From Balanoglossus misakiensis (Eukaryota > Animalia > Hemichordata): a stretch of DNA of 64,000 nucleotides. The number at the start of each line of letters is the position of its first letter. The first letter of the stretch is position 1. The stretch is taken from positions 1,470,886 to 1,534,885 of the forward strand of contig CM082597.2 of assembly GCA_040954595.2 (NCBI GenBank), in the 5' to 3' direction. Made by a program: the position numbers and the translations under genes. Positions 38,371 through 51,600 of the stretch are shown one piece after another. The notes beneath the pieces are model-generated. The model made no database searches. It was not told the origin of the DNA and was given only the letters and a program-made list of their open reading frames with translations.

Positions 38371-38611
38371 CTGAAACTTTTGATGACCGATTTTTGAGAC
38401 TCTAATGCTTCAGCGAAAAAAAATGACTTTAGCGGAGTCTCCTTGATAGCAGCTCGTCTGTCTTCACGTGGACGCTTCTGTAGACTGTTGCTCAAGCGAT
38501 AAAGAAAGTCACATTTGATATCAATTACTACTGTTTGTTTTGCTCTTATAACCACTCTGGCTACCAGTACGTTTGAGTTCGCCAACTTGCCGCTGATCGA
38601 TCGACGCATTC

Positions 38612-38680
38612 CCATTGGCTGTGAGACGTTGCGTCACAACCGGAATGGGCACATGATCATTCCCAGTCTTCCGATTGGAC
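38612..38680 (-). promoter_or_regulatory. Candidate bHLH gene promoter with two CCAAT boxes
   Basis: AGCCAATGG at ~38612-38620 and TCCAATCGG at 38671-38679 (minus strand), 60 bp apart, upstream of the putative 5'-UTR exon. Confidence 0.35.
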
Positions 38681-41614
38681 ATACGCAGTTACGTAACAAC
38701 TAGTAAGTCATTCACTTTCGTGATTTGCAGCTTTATCGTTTGACTGACACACGAATTGCTGCAAACGGAGAATAAACGAACGCGAACTTGATAAGGCATA
38801 TAGCTCGTAAAATCTTAATCTATAGAAGCCATTCGTACCGCCTAGGTGACAATTTGACACGCCACAGCAGGTCTTGTCTGAAAATATTTAGCGCTTTGTC
38901 ACCGTCTGGCTTGTCAAACCATAAACAGATGTTTGTGTTCAGTCACAGGCAAAAGTTGGTCCCTCGTATTGAAGCTCCACTTTCTGAGGTTTGACTTTGT
39001 TTTCTTGTGCGAATACAGCGGGTTTTGATAAGAATGGTTGGAGTTTGACGCCAGTTTCTGTCAGAAGTGTACCTCATTTTACACTACAGCATTCGATGAG
39101 CGGACCAGATTGCTTTTATTTGCTTTTGAGCGCAGTGCGCACCCTTTGAAATGTCCAATCATGATGGTGTTTATTAATTGCCTCGTTTTGCAGTGTTGTG
39201 ATGATCACATGACGATTATCAGCGATGGCAAATAGTCTCTGTAATTTGCTTCGGTCGTTATTTCTGCAAATGCGGTGTTTTGTTACGACATACGACAGTA
39301 GAATCAACATATAAAACCTACTGACACGGGTCATTATAGAACATTAAACGCCATTAATGATACACAGAGTTCTCTCAGAGGTATTTCGGGCCATTGTTCC
39401 TAGTGGCCATATCTGATAGAATTGTGTGAAAATGAGGTCTGTAAAAATTGATGCCTTCGCGGGCCAATTTCTCGTATAGCAGATACGAAAACAAAGTTTA
39501 ATCTATTTTTAAGACGGTGTGAAACACGTGACCAGGCGACTCCCCCTCTGCCCGTGGGAAATACAAACTGGATTATCACAGCTACGCTACTCAAGGAATA
39601 AGGTGTCAAGGAATAAACCATCTTCTCCCACCCCTGCGAGCGGTACCTCCATGGTCGTACTAGCTGGCCAATTTTCCATGTCTGACCAGTTTTGTCTCTT
39701 CATAACCCAATCATTGCATCAGACCATGGCATTGAGATGGTGGGCCTAGAACTCAAGGGAACGAAGCTTTTCACGGACTACCCAAAACTTATAGGACATA
39801 TTGTTCTTGATGAAGTATTAAACTGAAACCAAGACTGGAAACTCCGTAGTTCGAGGGCACTCCATGTGGTCCAAGATGGAGGACATCGAGAGCGACCTCT
39901 AACGGCAGGTTCCAATCGAACTAGGGCCACTACCTCCATGCTATACATGTATTCAAGCCACATTTTCAGAAATATTACATGCTTACTTGTTGCTTGATTG
40001 ATCGGCCAGGGAGCTAGAAGGTCGGCTAAGTTGAACGGATGGCTTTCTTTCGACAGATCTGAAACACTTCCCCGTGAAGTTCTCCAAAATCCTGGCACAC
40101 ACAGTCATTCTCGTCACTGATAACATGGCGACACGTGGTGACACGTTGGCGCGTACAATTATGCGAGAGCACCTGGGGAAGCCACGCGGTCACGTGGTCA
40201 CTCCCAAGCAATATGGCTCTTCCGTCAAATTCACTCCACACAGAACAGCAAAAGACCGACAAATGAAAAGACTGAGCCAACACAAAAGATCAACAAATAA
40301 AAAATCGAGTCAACTCCATGATCTCATTTTTATCAGATGGTACATGGACACGATGCCACAATTTCATAGGCCACACGGTCCATGTAAAACACCACTACAT
40401 GAGGAAAAACGATCTAAGTTTTAGCTTTTAACAAGCAGATTTTATTACAGAAAATGATACAGTATTATACACATCAGTGTTTGACACATCCATATCAGCC
40501 TAGGTTGTAAGCCGAATTCTGTAAATACAGCAGACAGCAGCAAGACTTACGGAAAAAAATCGCATTTCAACCTTTCTTCAATCTAAACTGCACAAACCAA
40601 TCTGTATATTTGAGGAAAAAACGAAAGAAATTTTTAACAATAATACCCTTGCTGAAACAATATGATGTCATGTTTGCAGAAAAAATATCAGATCCCATCC
40701 CTGAAAAACACCACTCTCCTCGAGTCATTCGTAAAACCCAACCCCATCCATTCATAACATATTTACAAGCCTCTTATGATATGTCAAACCTCCCAGAAGG
40801 GGGCCTTTTATTAATGCCATTTGCATGGAATGGTGAGGACCCCTGGTACACAGCCAACAGAAATCGCTGCTATGATTGGTTCAATCCCAGGTGCAATCAA
40901 TTTTATATGCAAATAATGCTCATGAGTTGCTGGAGATAAACACACAGTCAATCCAATATTCTCAAATGTACACCTTTGGTAAAAATACAGAAATACATCA
41001 CACCAAATGTGTAATTCTATCTTCAATATCACGGTGAATCTTGAGATGCAGACTTGTCATGGTTTCATGCAAAATGTCTTGGCTAACATAAGTTGTGTTA
41101 GCTGGTAATAAAATTCAAAACAAACTGTCTGAAATAAATGCAGAAAAATGAACAAATAGGTACCATATCATGTATAAACACACACAATTTCGGCAATGGT
41201 CAGTCATGTCTTTCTCTCATTGTTTAAACGGCTGATAATTTTCTTGTCATGAAAATATGTGCTAGTATTACTGAATACATACATCAGAAGCTTGTGGGTG
41301 ACAGACTCTTTCCAAAGCTTATTCATGATGTCATGGAGGTCAAAGGTGACAGAAATGCTGCCTGCACCCGCAATACCTGAAGAAGTTTACAAGGAACACA
41401 ATGTTTATATGACCTACATACACAAATCTTCAAGACAACTGTGTGAGATAGAAATGAGAAACTAGAATTGACAGAAATTATTGCAAAGATCACTAAACCC
41501 TTGTATCCATCATTCTTTTTACAATTACAAGGTGATAAACTCACATCTATAAGTTTTAAAATGTAAATAGTCAGAGGCAACCACTCTTAGCTGCAAAATG
41601 TTACAAGATTTCTA

Positions 41615-41975
41615 ATTGGTTTGTACACTTATACAATGCTGAATCAGTTGTTTTCCCAGCGAATGGCCGCTGATGTAACATCTCTATCCCAGCTACAAAC
41701 ACCACTGTTACAAGCTTGTTGATTGGATTGTAACTTGCATAATTCAACTCAGTTGTTTGCTCAGCGAATGGCTGCTGATATAACATCTCTCCTTTTCTGA
41801 ACACATTGCTATCACATGCTTCCTGATCAGTTTGAAGCTAAATGAACTCTCAATAAGGCATCTCTAATTTAGCAGCATATACTACTCTTACAAGATCATA
41901 TTTGATTGGTTTGTGAGAAGACACAATTCCAAATCAGCTGTTTGTTCGGCGAATGGCTGCATCTCTACCATGGCT
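41615..41975. repeat. Three degenerate copies of a motif (core TCAGTTGTTT..CAGCGAATGGC.GC) in the putative SORL1 3' UTR
   Basis: Copies near 41642, 41748 and 41932, each preceded by a GATTGG/AATTGG motif. Confidence 0.65.
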
Positions 41976-42385
41976 GTGAAAATAAGCAAGAATATGGCGA
42001 CATATGAAAAGACACTAACTTTATCTTTACTGAACTGTTTATCCCACGAGCATTCTACCTTCCGATATACTTCTGTATAAAATGGAACTTTGGTCATGTG
42101 CACAACTTCACTCAGTTGAAGAGTTTGAGATGCGTAAAAATATTTATACCAATACTCAGCCTCTATCTAGCACCTGGTTTACGTAAATCTTCTTGATTAG
42201 GATGATTTCGATTATGAGAGACGCCATCGCTGAAAAACACCCTAGCTTATGCCTCTCAGGCAAAATTTACAAATTTTAACAATCTTGAGGGGTCCTCTCA
42301 TTTGATTACATCAAACAGACCCTAATGCACAGATCAAAGCTTCTGATTGGTTAAAGATTGGTAGTGAGTACTCTTGGGTAAAGCT

Positions 42386-42404
42386 GGACCAGTAGAGGGC
42401 GCTC
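42386..42404 (+). promoter_or_regulatory. Near-consensus CTCF motif GGACCAGTAGAGGGCGCTC overlapping the SORL1 stop codon
   Basis: Matches the CTCF core CCASYAGRKGGCRC at all core positions. Confidence 0.45.
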
Positions 42405-45400
42405 ATGCAACTACAAGAGGTTCGTCGTCAGAGAATCCGCGAATCATCGGGGTTTCTTCTTCCTCACCTGAAATGAAAATCAAAATCGGAAACTAAAACA
42501 TTGTGACATCAGATTAAAAGACAGAATCTTAGCTGTGTAGGAGTTATTTGAATATTCCTCTGATCTTTCAGGAGAGTATGAACCCTGGGACTGGCTGATA
42601 CTAGAAACAGCCCCTTCCTGATCAGAAACAAAAAAACTTTCTGGCAGACTTACCCAGACCATCACCCTCCACACTAAACGTCGTCGTACCAGATCTGCTA
42701 TCGTAGTGACTGTTGGCAAACTGAGTGAAACTTCTCTGCAATCTCTGATGTCGAACCACAAAGATGAGAAGAGCCACCACTAAGAGACCGATCACTCCCA
42801 GGGTCGGACCGATGATCGCTGCAAGCTTAGAGCTTTTGTGAGCAGAATGATGCCCACCATGTGCTGAAATCAAGACAACAAAGACATCTTAACCCTTTCG
42901 CTACCATAGTTTAGTCCAAAAGCATTGTTTTCTATGGTATAGTTGGACCTCTATATAGGGAACTGGGGGTGATAGGGTTCAAGATGGGATCCAAGCACTG
43001 CAATCAACAGAGATATATCTGATAACCAACCATCTGACTTCTCAGGAGTCATGTGACTTATCTGCATAGCACCAAGTCATGTGACTTACTTGCATAATTA
43101 TTTGGCAAAACTTTCCAAAAAGAAACAGCATGCAATAAACTGCTTTCACTTACGTGCAAACTCGGTGGTATTCTTCTGGACCACTTCAGAGAATTCTCCA
43201 TAGTACTTCATGTACTGCTCTGTACAGACTTTGAAATTGTACGTTGTATTGCTTTTCAGCCCCATTATTAATGTTGAGTTGACAGCAGAATGGCTGTGGT
43301 ATGTCCATTTCTCAGGTTGATATCCGGTGGCTACGAAGATGGCATATCCCTGTGGTGAAGAAAAGAATTCTGTTAAGGTCTCGATCTCAGATTATATTTA
43401 TGATAACTGACGTATCTGGCAGGACCCAAACCCACAACAACTTTCCCAGCAATTTCTTGTGAAATACTTACGAGATCTCTTCTAAATATCTTTTTCGGTG
43501 GGGACCAATCTAACATCAATACAAAGCTATCAGAGTTTTCTGGCTTCAGCAGAACCGCTTTCAAAGAAGTGGGAGGCGAGCTGGAGCCTGTGTGTTCAGA
43601 GAAAAACAGACAAATAAACAATGAAGAAAAATGCAAAACAAACACAAACTTCAAACGCAATTGCCCTGAAACACTGAATTACAGAAACATACCATGCAAA
43701 TCAATGTCTTGTTAATTCTCTTCATATTTCAAACCTCTTTATTAACCCTTTCATCACAATGGTTTGGTCCAAAACCATTATTTTCTGAAGTAAAGCTGGA
43801 CCGCTATACAGGGACGTGGGAGTGAATGGGTCAAATGTCTCTAGTGGACAGTCTATGCTGTAACTTACCCATCGTGAAATCGATCATGTTGTCCACTTTG
43901 GCCGCGTCTAATCCCCCAGAGCTGATCTTAATGGAATAAGTAGCGCCTGGAATCAATCCTTTGATGTCATAGTGCAAGGTGGTATTCTCAGTCTCTGGAA
44001 CGAACACTCTCTTGAAATCATTCTCCGTCTCATTGCCCTCCTTGATTCTGTAATATATCGTGTAATTCTACAAAAAAAGACAGAAATTTTTGATAGGAAG
44101 GGTAGTGTAGAATTGTGCTTACTTTGTCAGCCATACACCAGAAACTGTGGTGTACTGTTGGATAATTTGTTTCCATACACACTCGACAATATGTAAAATG
44201 AGAACAGAGTCCAATTAGGTGGGTACAATCAAATTCTTAGGGCAAAATCATTCTATGTTTGATTGTGTCCATGACTTGCAAAATATTACAACAATTTAGG
44301 CTCCAGTCTAATTTGCTGAATTATGCAATAATGTGCAAAATATCTGATTCAGTTCTCACCAATTTTGTTGGCAAATCTCTGGGCGATATCCAGTTCACCT
44401 GGACTGTTGTAAAATTACCGGTAGTCACATTAACCATGATGTCTCGTGGCTGAAGATGAACATCTGAAAGCATACAAAACCAGCAAAGTTATATCCTGTA
44501 AGTCTAAGCTAGATTACCTTTGACTGAGCATAAACACACAGAAAGATTAGAGGGTACCATTATCTTTAAAAATGGTCAGCGTCACCCAATAAACACAGTG
44601 CAATTTAACATGTGACAATCATGTGACCATCATGTGCTCACAAATCTAGCATCAAGAAATACACACACACAAACAGCACACTGACAGCGCATATACACAT
44701 GCTTGCTGTCCCCCCCCCTCCTACCCCACATGGTACGATCCACTGTTTCCCTCTGGTGATGGCCGATCCATGTTGACAAAACAGGGGGAGCAACACCTGA
44801 CTACTTACCAAAATTGGTGGTTCCCACACAGGGATCACTCTTCGGCCCTTTTCCCGTCGGTCCAACGATCTCGACCAGGAACAGATACTCGACATAAGAT
44901 TCCAGATTTGTGATCTCAGCCTGCGTTGTGTCCACTGAGAACTTGGGATTGATCAAATCATGGCCACTTTTGCCGTAGAATATTCCATATACCTACAGGT
45001 GTCATTAACAACATATTAGAATCTGGCTGCACACACTCATAGCCAATCAAAATTCCAGGTCTTTCCAGATAGTTTTAAATTAATGCAAAAAAATACAACT
45101 TACCCAATGATTTGATGTATCATTGATAGTCCATGTGAGTTTTATTTCATGAGTACCTGTAGGAATTGCCTGGAGATTGGTCGGCCTTGGCAGACGTGAG
45201 CCCTTGATTGTCAAATTGACAGCCGCGCTTTGAAGACTCTCTCCTTCATCATTGGCAGCTGTTACTTTGAAGATGTAAGTCACGCCCGGAGCCAGGTCTT
45301 CCACTGTGAGAAAAAACATACAAAATTTCTGATACAGGCACAAACTTAACGCTGCAACATTTAACATGTTTCTAATCAATAAAATACTTCAATCTTTGAT

Positions 45401-45624
45401 TTGTCATTATAATCAGTCGACAGACAACACCATTTTGAATCTGTGGGAATAAAGGCCAAAATTCATTAACAGCTTTGTGATTGGTGTGTATATGTGTTTG
45501 TGTGCGTGTGTGTGTTTGTATGTATGTGTGTGTGTGTGTGTTTGTATGTATGTGTGTGTGTGTGTGTTTGTATGTATGTGTGTGTGTGTGTTTGTATATA
45601 TATGTCTGTGTGTGTGTGTTTGTA

Positions 45625-45689
<65 letters not shown>

Positions 45690-48600
45690 GTTTGTGCGCA
45701 TTTGCAACCGTGTATATTTTGACAATAATCTTGACAATAATCGCATGTCTTGGAAACCTAACTGATTTCTATTCTGCAACTTACCCGTATGTTCAACTTT
45801 GCTCGTGTTGCAACATTTCATATCTTCATTTTCAGAATCGTCTGAGTACGGCCACGCATAGTAGATGTTGTACACCTGGTAAAACAAAAGCTTTTTAATG
45901 TCTTTTTATCAAATGTTCCACAAAACTAAGACAATGAACACTTGGTCCCCCCCCCCAAATGTAAATAAAGCAAAGAAGCTTTGAGGGACTTGTTTCTCCG
46001 AAAATCTGTCCCTAAGTACTACCTTGAAAGGGTGTTACTTTTATGAAAAGTGATTGGTCGATACCTTAACTTTCCCAGATGGTTTATTCCAGCGGAGATG
46101 TGCAGTTCTTGGAGCCTGGCCTGGCTGCACAGTCAGCCCAACAGGTGCTGATGGTGTTTCTACAGAAAAAATTATAAGGACAATAGATGTACATACAGAG
46201 ACATGGCAACATGTGATTACAATCAGAAACACAAACTGGACCAAGTCTCTTCAATTTCACCCAAGATATCAAATAATCTTTCAGCGACCTACCTGCTGTT
46301 AATTTTACGCCCTTTTCTTCAGTATATGGCCCCAGACCAGCGCTTGTCCGAGCTGCAACCTGGAAATAAAAAAACATAAGCCACAAAATATTATAATTTG
46401 TGTAAAAATCACGCATTCTCTCAATCAAAAAGCTATTAGATTATTACAGGCATTAACCTCGATTCCTAGCCTTAACCCTTTCACCCCCAGTTCCCTCTTT
46501 AGAGGTCCAACCTTACCATAGAAAACAATAGGTTTGGACTGAACCATAGTGGTGAACAGGTTAAATATGTCATGTGAAATTTCCCTGTCTGGTCGTCAGT
46601 ACTGTAAAGGATGCTAGTTGTCATTTTGCCTGTGTTTTTGTATTTCCTTTCTGCGAATCAACTACTATCAGCGTCCTCAAGATGACACTCTGGATAATGT
46701 TCACAACATCGCATACAGATTTGACTTACCTGGAACATATACATGACACTTTTCTCAACATACACTACAGTAGAACGTGGAGTTGGCTTTTCGATCGTTT
46801 TCACGTAGTATGTAGAACTATCAGCATATCTATACTGAACCTGGGGAGACAAAAATATAGTGACAATATTTTATTGTCATATTTTTTTAAGTCATGAGAG
46901 AAGTGAGATTTCTAGCAATTCTCACGTGAATCCTATAATGTTTTGTTTATCTTTTTTCAGTAGTTACACTTAGCTGGAGTTGATGAAAAGGGTGTATAGT
47001 ATGAAGTGTGCACATGATTTTCATCTGAGGCAATGTCTAGCATATTTTACACAATGGTTAAGAGGTAGCGTCATTTTACAATAAAGTGTTGCCTTACTTT
47101 GTAGCCATCTATTGTTCCATTCAGGTATTGTGGAAGTCTCCAGCTGACTTTGACTGAATTCGAGTTTCGGTCGCCGTAGAGACTTAAATCTGTCGGCGCT
47201 GAAGGGACTGTGGGGAAGAGAGAAGTTTTGATTGTTTTTATTGCAAGAATGCGACTTGTGAATCAGTTACTTCCTTTCTGCAATTTCTAAGGATTTTCCG
47301 GGGAAATCCATTACGCATTGTTGCTGTCAATGTCTCACACAAGACTTCACTTACTAATTATTAGCACAATTTTAATCCAAAATCTTGGCATCAAAAAAGG
47401 TAAAGATATGAAAAGTTTTTTGTTGTTGAAAAATATACTTACTCCCATCAGGTGTTCTAACGCTTGCTGGCTTGTATGTCGGATGCAAGCGTCCAGTCGA
47501 TTTGTCTTTCAAAGTAACCTGGAAGTGAAAGCGAACCCCTCCCTTCAAAGTGTCGATGTCTACACTTGTACGACTGTCTGGCACACGTTGAACAGTTCGG
47601 TTCCAAGTAACCTGTGGAGCACTTACTTCGCTGCAGAAGACATAAAAGCACCAATTTTCAGTCAAAATGTTTGAAAGCACTGATAAAACAGTTACCATGA
47701 CATTTATACTACTGTCACATGCTGCATAGGATTCAATGGTAACGTGTCGATAACAAAACAGACCAATATTCCCTAACCTTAGCAAAATCACAGTTAGACT
47801 TCAACATTATACACCACAGCCATACAAAGATCAGCTCACACTTAGAACTTCACATCTACTTACTGCCAGGATAATATGTAAAGGAAATCAAACGATAGGG
47901 TTTTAGATGGGTCTCTCCAGGAAACCTGGGCTGTCTTGTAGTCCAAAGCTGTAGCAATAAGGACCTCTACTTGATACGCTGTAAACAACCAAACAAACAA
48001 ATAAATAAATAAATGAATGAATGAATGAATGAATGAATGAATGAATGAATGAATGAATGAATGAATGAATGAATGAAAACAAAAATGTAAAGTACAGATC
48101 AAAAGTCTGTACTGACAGGAATGGCATTGGGCTAACTCTGTCTAGCCCTGTGTTAGTCAATACAGGCATATGTAATCAGAGGTGACTGTATACGATTAAA
48201 ATTGCAGCTTTATATACTTACTGCACTCTTCCCCTACTTCATCTGACCCATCTAGACAGTTTCTTGTTTTGTCGCATCTAACAATAATGGGTATACACAT
48301 CCCATCACCACACATCCATTGATCAGATGGGCAGTGGTACATGGGTGATGGGGAAGGTGAGCTTCCATGACAGTTGACCTCATCATCTCCAGCGACACAG
48401 TCCCGATATCCATTACACTTGTACGCAGCAGGTATGCACTTCCCATCCAGACATCGATAGCTGGAATATGGACATGCTGGTGTGGTCACAGGCCACACAG
48501 GCCAAGCTTTTTGAAACACAAACAAAAAGAGGTTTCTTTTAAAGCAGAAACTGGCATACATACAATAAGGCTTGACTCACTGAATGAGACATATGTGAAC

Positions 48601-51600
48601 AACACAATAAAATAAATGGGTGCCACACTCAAATATGGCCGATTCAAAACAGACATGCAGAAACAGTTGCACAGCTAATTCTAGAAGTCCTAACTGGCAA
48701 TCGATGAGAACATTGACATTTGAAATTTGACATCATTCCAGGGTTTACATTCCAGGGTTTAATACACAACAACTTACTGGTGCTTGGACATCCCAATTCA
48801 TCACTGTTGTCGCCACAGTCGTCATAGTTATCACACACCCAAGAGCTAGGTATACAATGCGTCCTGGCTCTGCTGCCACACTCAAACTGACTGGGTAGGC
48901 ATTGTTGCATTGCTGTAGTTGTGTGTATTATTGGTGGTGCCGTGGTCATACTTGGCTCGCCTAAAAATACAACCATTTATCAGATTTTGTTGATAAGTGA
49001 AGAACAGTGCATATAAGAATGCTGTTTGGCGTAGAACAAGAATTTGGTACACAGAACAAAAATACTGAGAAATAAAAGCCAAAAGTTACAGCTAAGGTCC
49101 CCTTTAAAGTATGGCTATCAAGACCTTACTCACCACAATCATACTCATCAGAATTATCTCCACAATCATTGACCCCATCACACTTCCACCAATAGCTAAC
49201 ACAGTTTCCATTGCGACACGCAAACTGCCAAGAATTACATCTGCCGGGTGAAGTCGATGGCACCACTGTCGTTGTAAAGGAACAATGGACTTCATCACTA
49301 CCATCTCCACAATCATCTTCCCCATCGCACTTCCAATAGTTGTAAATACACCTTCCGTTATCACATTGGAACTGATACATACTACAATTGACAGGTCCTG
49401 AAATTTAAAAAAAAAAAACATTGACCTAAGTTGCCATAGACAAGGCTAGACTGTGTGTGAGCAAAACAAAACAAACTAGTCTGGATTCTAGACTATTTCC
49501 CTACTTACTGCGGCAGGTTGCAGGCTCATCCGAAAAATCCCCACAATCATTGTCCCCATCACATTGCCAGTAGCTTGGAATACATCGGCCGTTGTCACAG
49601 GTAAAATCACTGGTTGTACAAGAGCCAGGTACTGTCACAGGTGTATTTGCTGGAGAGAGCAAAAATACAAGCATTTTCACTACTTTAAAGCTGTATAGCT
49701 GTAAAAACCTATTTGATTTGACCCCCTAAGACAAAGTAAAAACCTATTTGCCTTGACCCCCTAAGATAAAGAATAAACCTATTTGATATGACCCCCTAAG
49801 ACAAAGTAAAAACCTATTTGATATGACCCCCTAAGACAAAGTAAAAACCTATTTGATATGACCCCCTAAGACAACGTAAAAACCTATTTGGCACTCACTT
49901 GTTGAAAAACTGCAGTTTGCTTCATCGGACATATCATGGCAATCATTATCAAAATCGCAAACCCATCTTTCCGGGATACATCGATGGTTACCACAGGTAA
50001 ATTGTCCTGGAGCACATGTGGGATAGTCTGTAATAAAAAACAAACACCAATAAACTAAACAATGCAGTGACCCTTAGCTGTACGCCTCTCAATATCAAAG
50101 GCAATGCACTCACAATGAAAATGTTCACTCATTACTTTACATTGACTACATCTTACTGTGACAAAACTAACTTGGAATGTAACATGCTATCTCATTGGTG
50201 GTACTTACCACAGTCTCGTTCATCTGACCAATCATAGCAGTCGTTGTCAAAGTCACACCTCCACCTTTCAGGAATGCAACGGCTATTGTCACAGGCGAAA
50301 TCGTCTGGCCTACAAGTTTGGTATCCTGACGGAAAATGAAAATAAAACAATGCAGACATGCTTGTCAGGGACCAAATAAGGTTGTGAAAGATGGTAGTTC
50401 TAACATCAGCAAATAGGGTTAGGGATTTCTAAGCTGTATTAGCATGTACACTTACTGCAATCCATCTCGTCAGACATATCACCACAATCGTTGTCTTGAT
50501 CACACTTCCAGTGTAATGGAATACAGTGTTCATTGGTGCATGTGAACTGATCGCTATTGCAAGTTGCACCTGAGAAGAAAAAGTTGAGGACGTACTTAAT
50601 GAGTGGAAGATCATCATCATCATCACCATCACCATCACCATCACCATCACCATCACCATCACCATCACCATCATCATCATCATCACCACCACACACATAC
50701 ACACACACATACATACATATACACAGACCTTTCCAGCTTCAGTGAGCCTACACAAATACCTTCATTCATAAGCCAAAAATTCCATATAGCATAAATGCTA
50801 AGTAAGCCAAAAACAGAAAATCTAACAGCCTACCTGTGGGCACACATGTCCCATTCACCAAGACTTCTCTAGGCTCACACTCACAGGATTCTGTCCCATC
50901 AGATTTTATCACCACTTTAGTCATATCATCACAGCGACAAGATCTGGAGACGCCTGTTCCACTGGGTTTCACGAGACACAACTGGCTGCATCCTCCATTG
51001 TTTCTGGAACATGGGTTACGTTTATCTGAACGAGAGACGAAAAAATTCACTTAAAATCCAGTCTCATGAAGACTAGTTTCCAGGTATTTTTTCCATAATA
51101 TGCAAGAACCTTCGGTAGTTTGGTTTGTGTTTCAGAGACACCCTGATATCACAGTTTTCATGGTCTTTTATTTAGGCGTTGATCTTGTGAGTGTAAAATG
51201 GACACAGATAATAACTCTCACATACTTTGCTGTGAAGATTGTGCCAATACTTTCATATCCATAACCGATTCCAAATTTCCCACCACGACAACTCTTCCAC
51301 TGCCATCATACTTATTGGCTTTCAGAATGGCTTTCTTGTACCAGTCATCCCAGTAGATTTCATTCTGTTGGCAAGAAAATATAATTTGATAATTCACTCC
51401 AATGAAAGTATTTTATCATACATACATACACACTCACAAACACAAATGGCAGTAAACACACCCATTCATGAGTGATAATATTACCAAATCTCACCTTGTA
51501 AACACCAATCGCATATGGATGGGGCACATCTTCACTAATCAAAACCTGTCTTCCTGAGCCATCAAAGTTGGACGTCTCAATGCGATCAAAATAGGCATCC

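Noticed and set aside
39580-40100. GC-richer segment with splice-like signals between the bHLH gene and the SORL1 3' end
   Set aside because: No frame gave a recognisable protein or a consistent exon chain.
30335-50794. Low-complexity ORFs (KQTN, FVCL, VCVC, HTHT, FIHS, poly-His, DGDG)
   Set aside because: All are translations of microsatellites.
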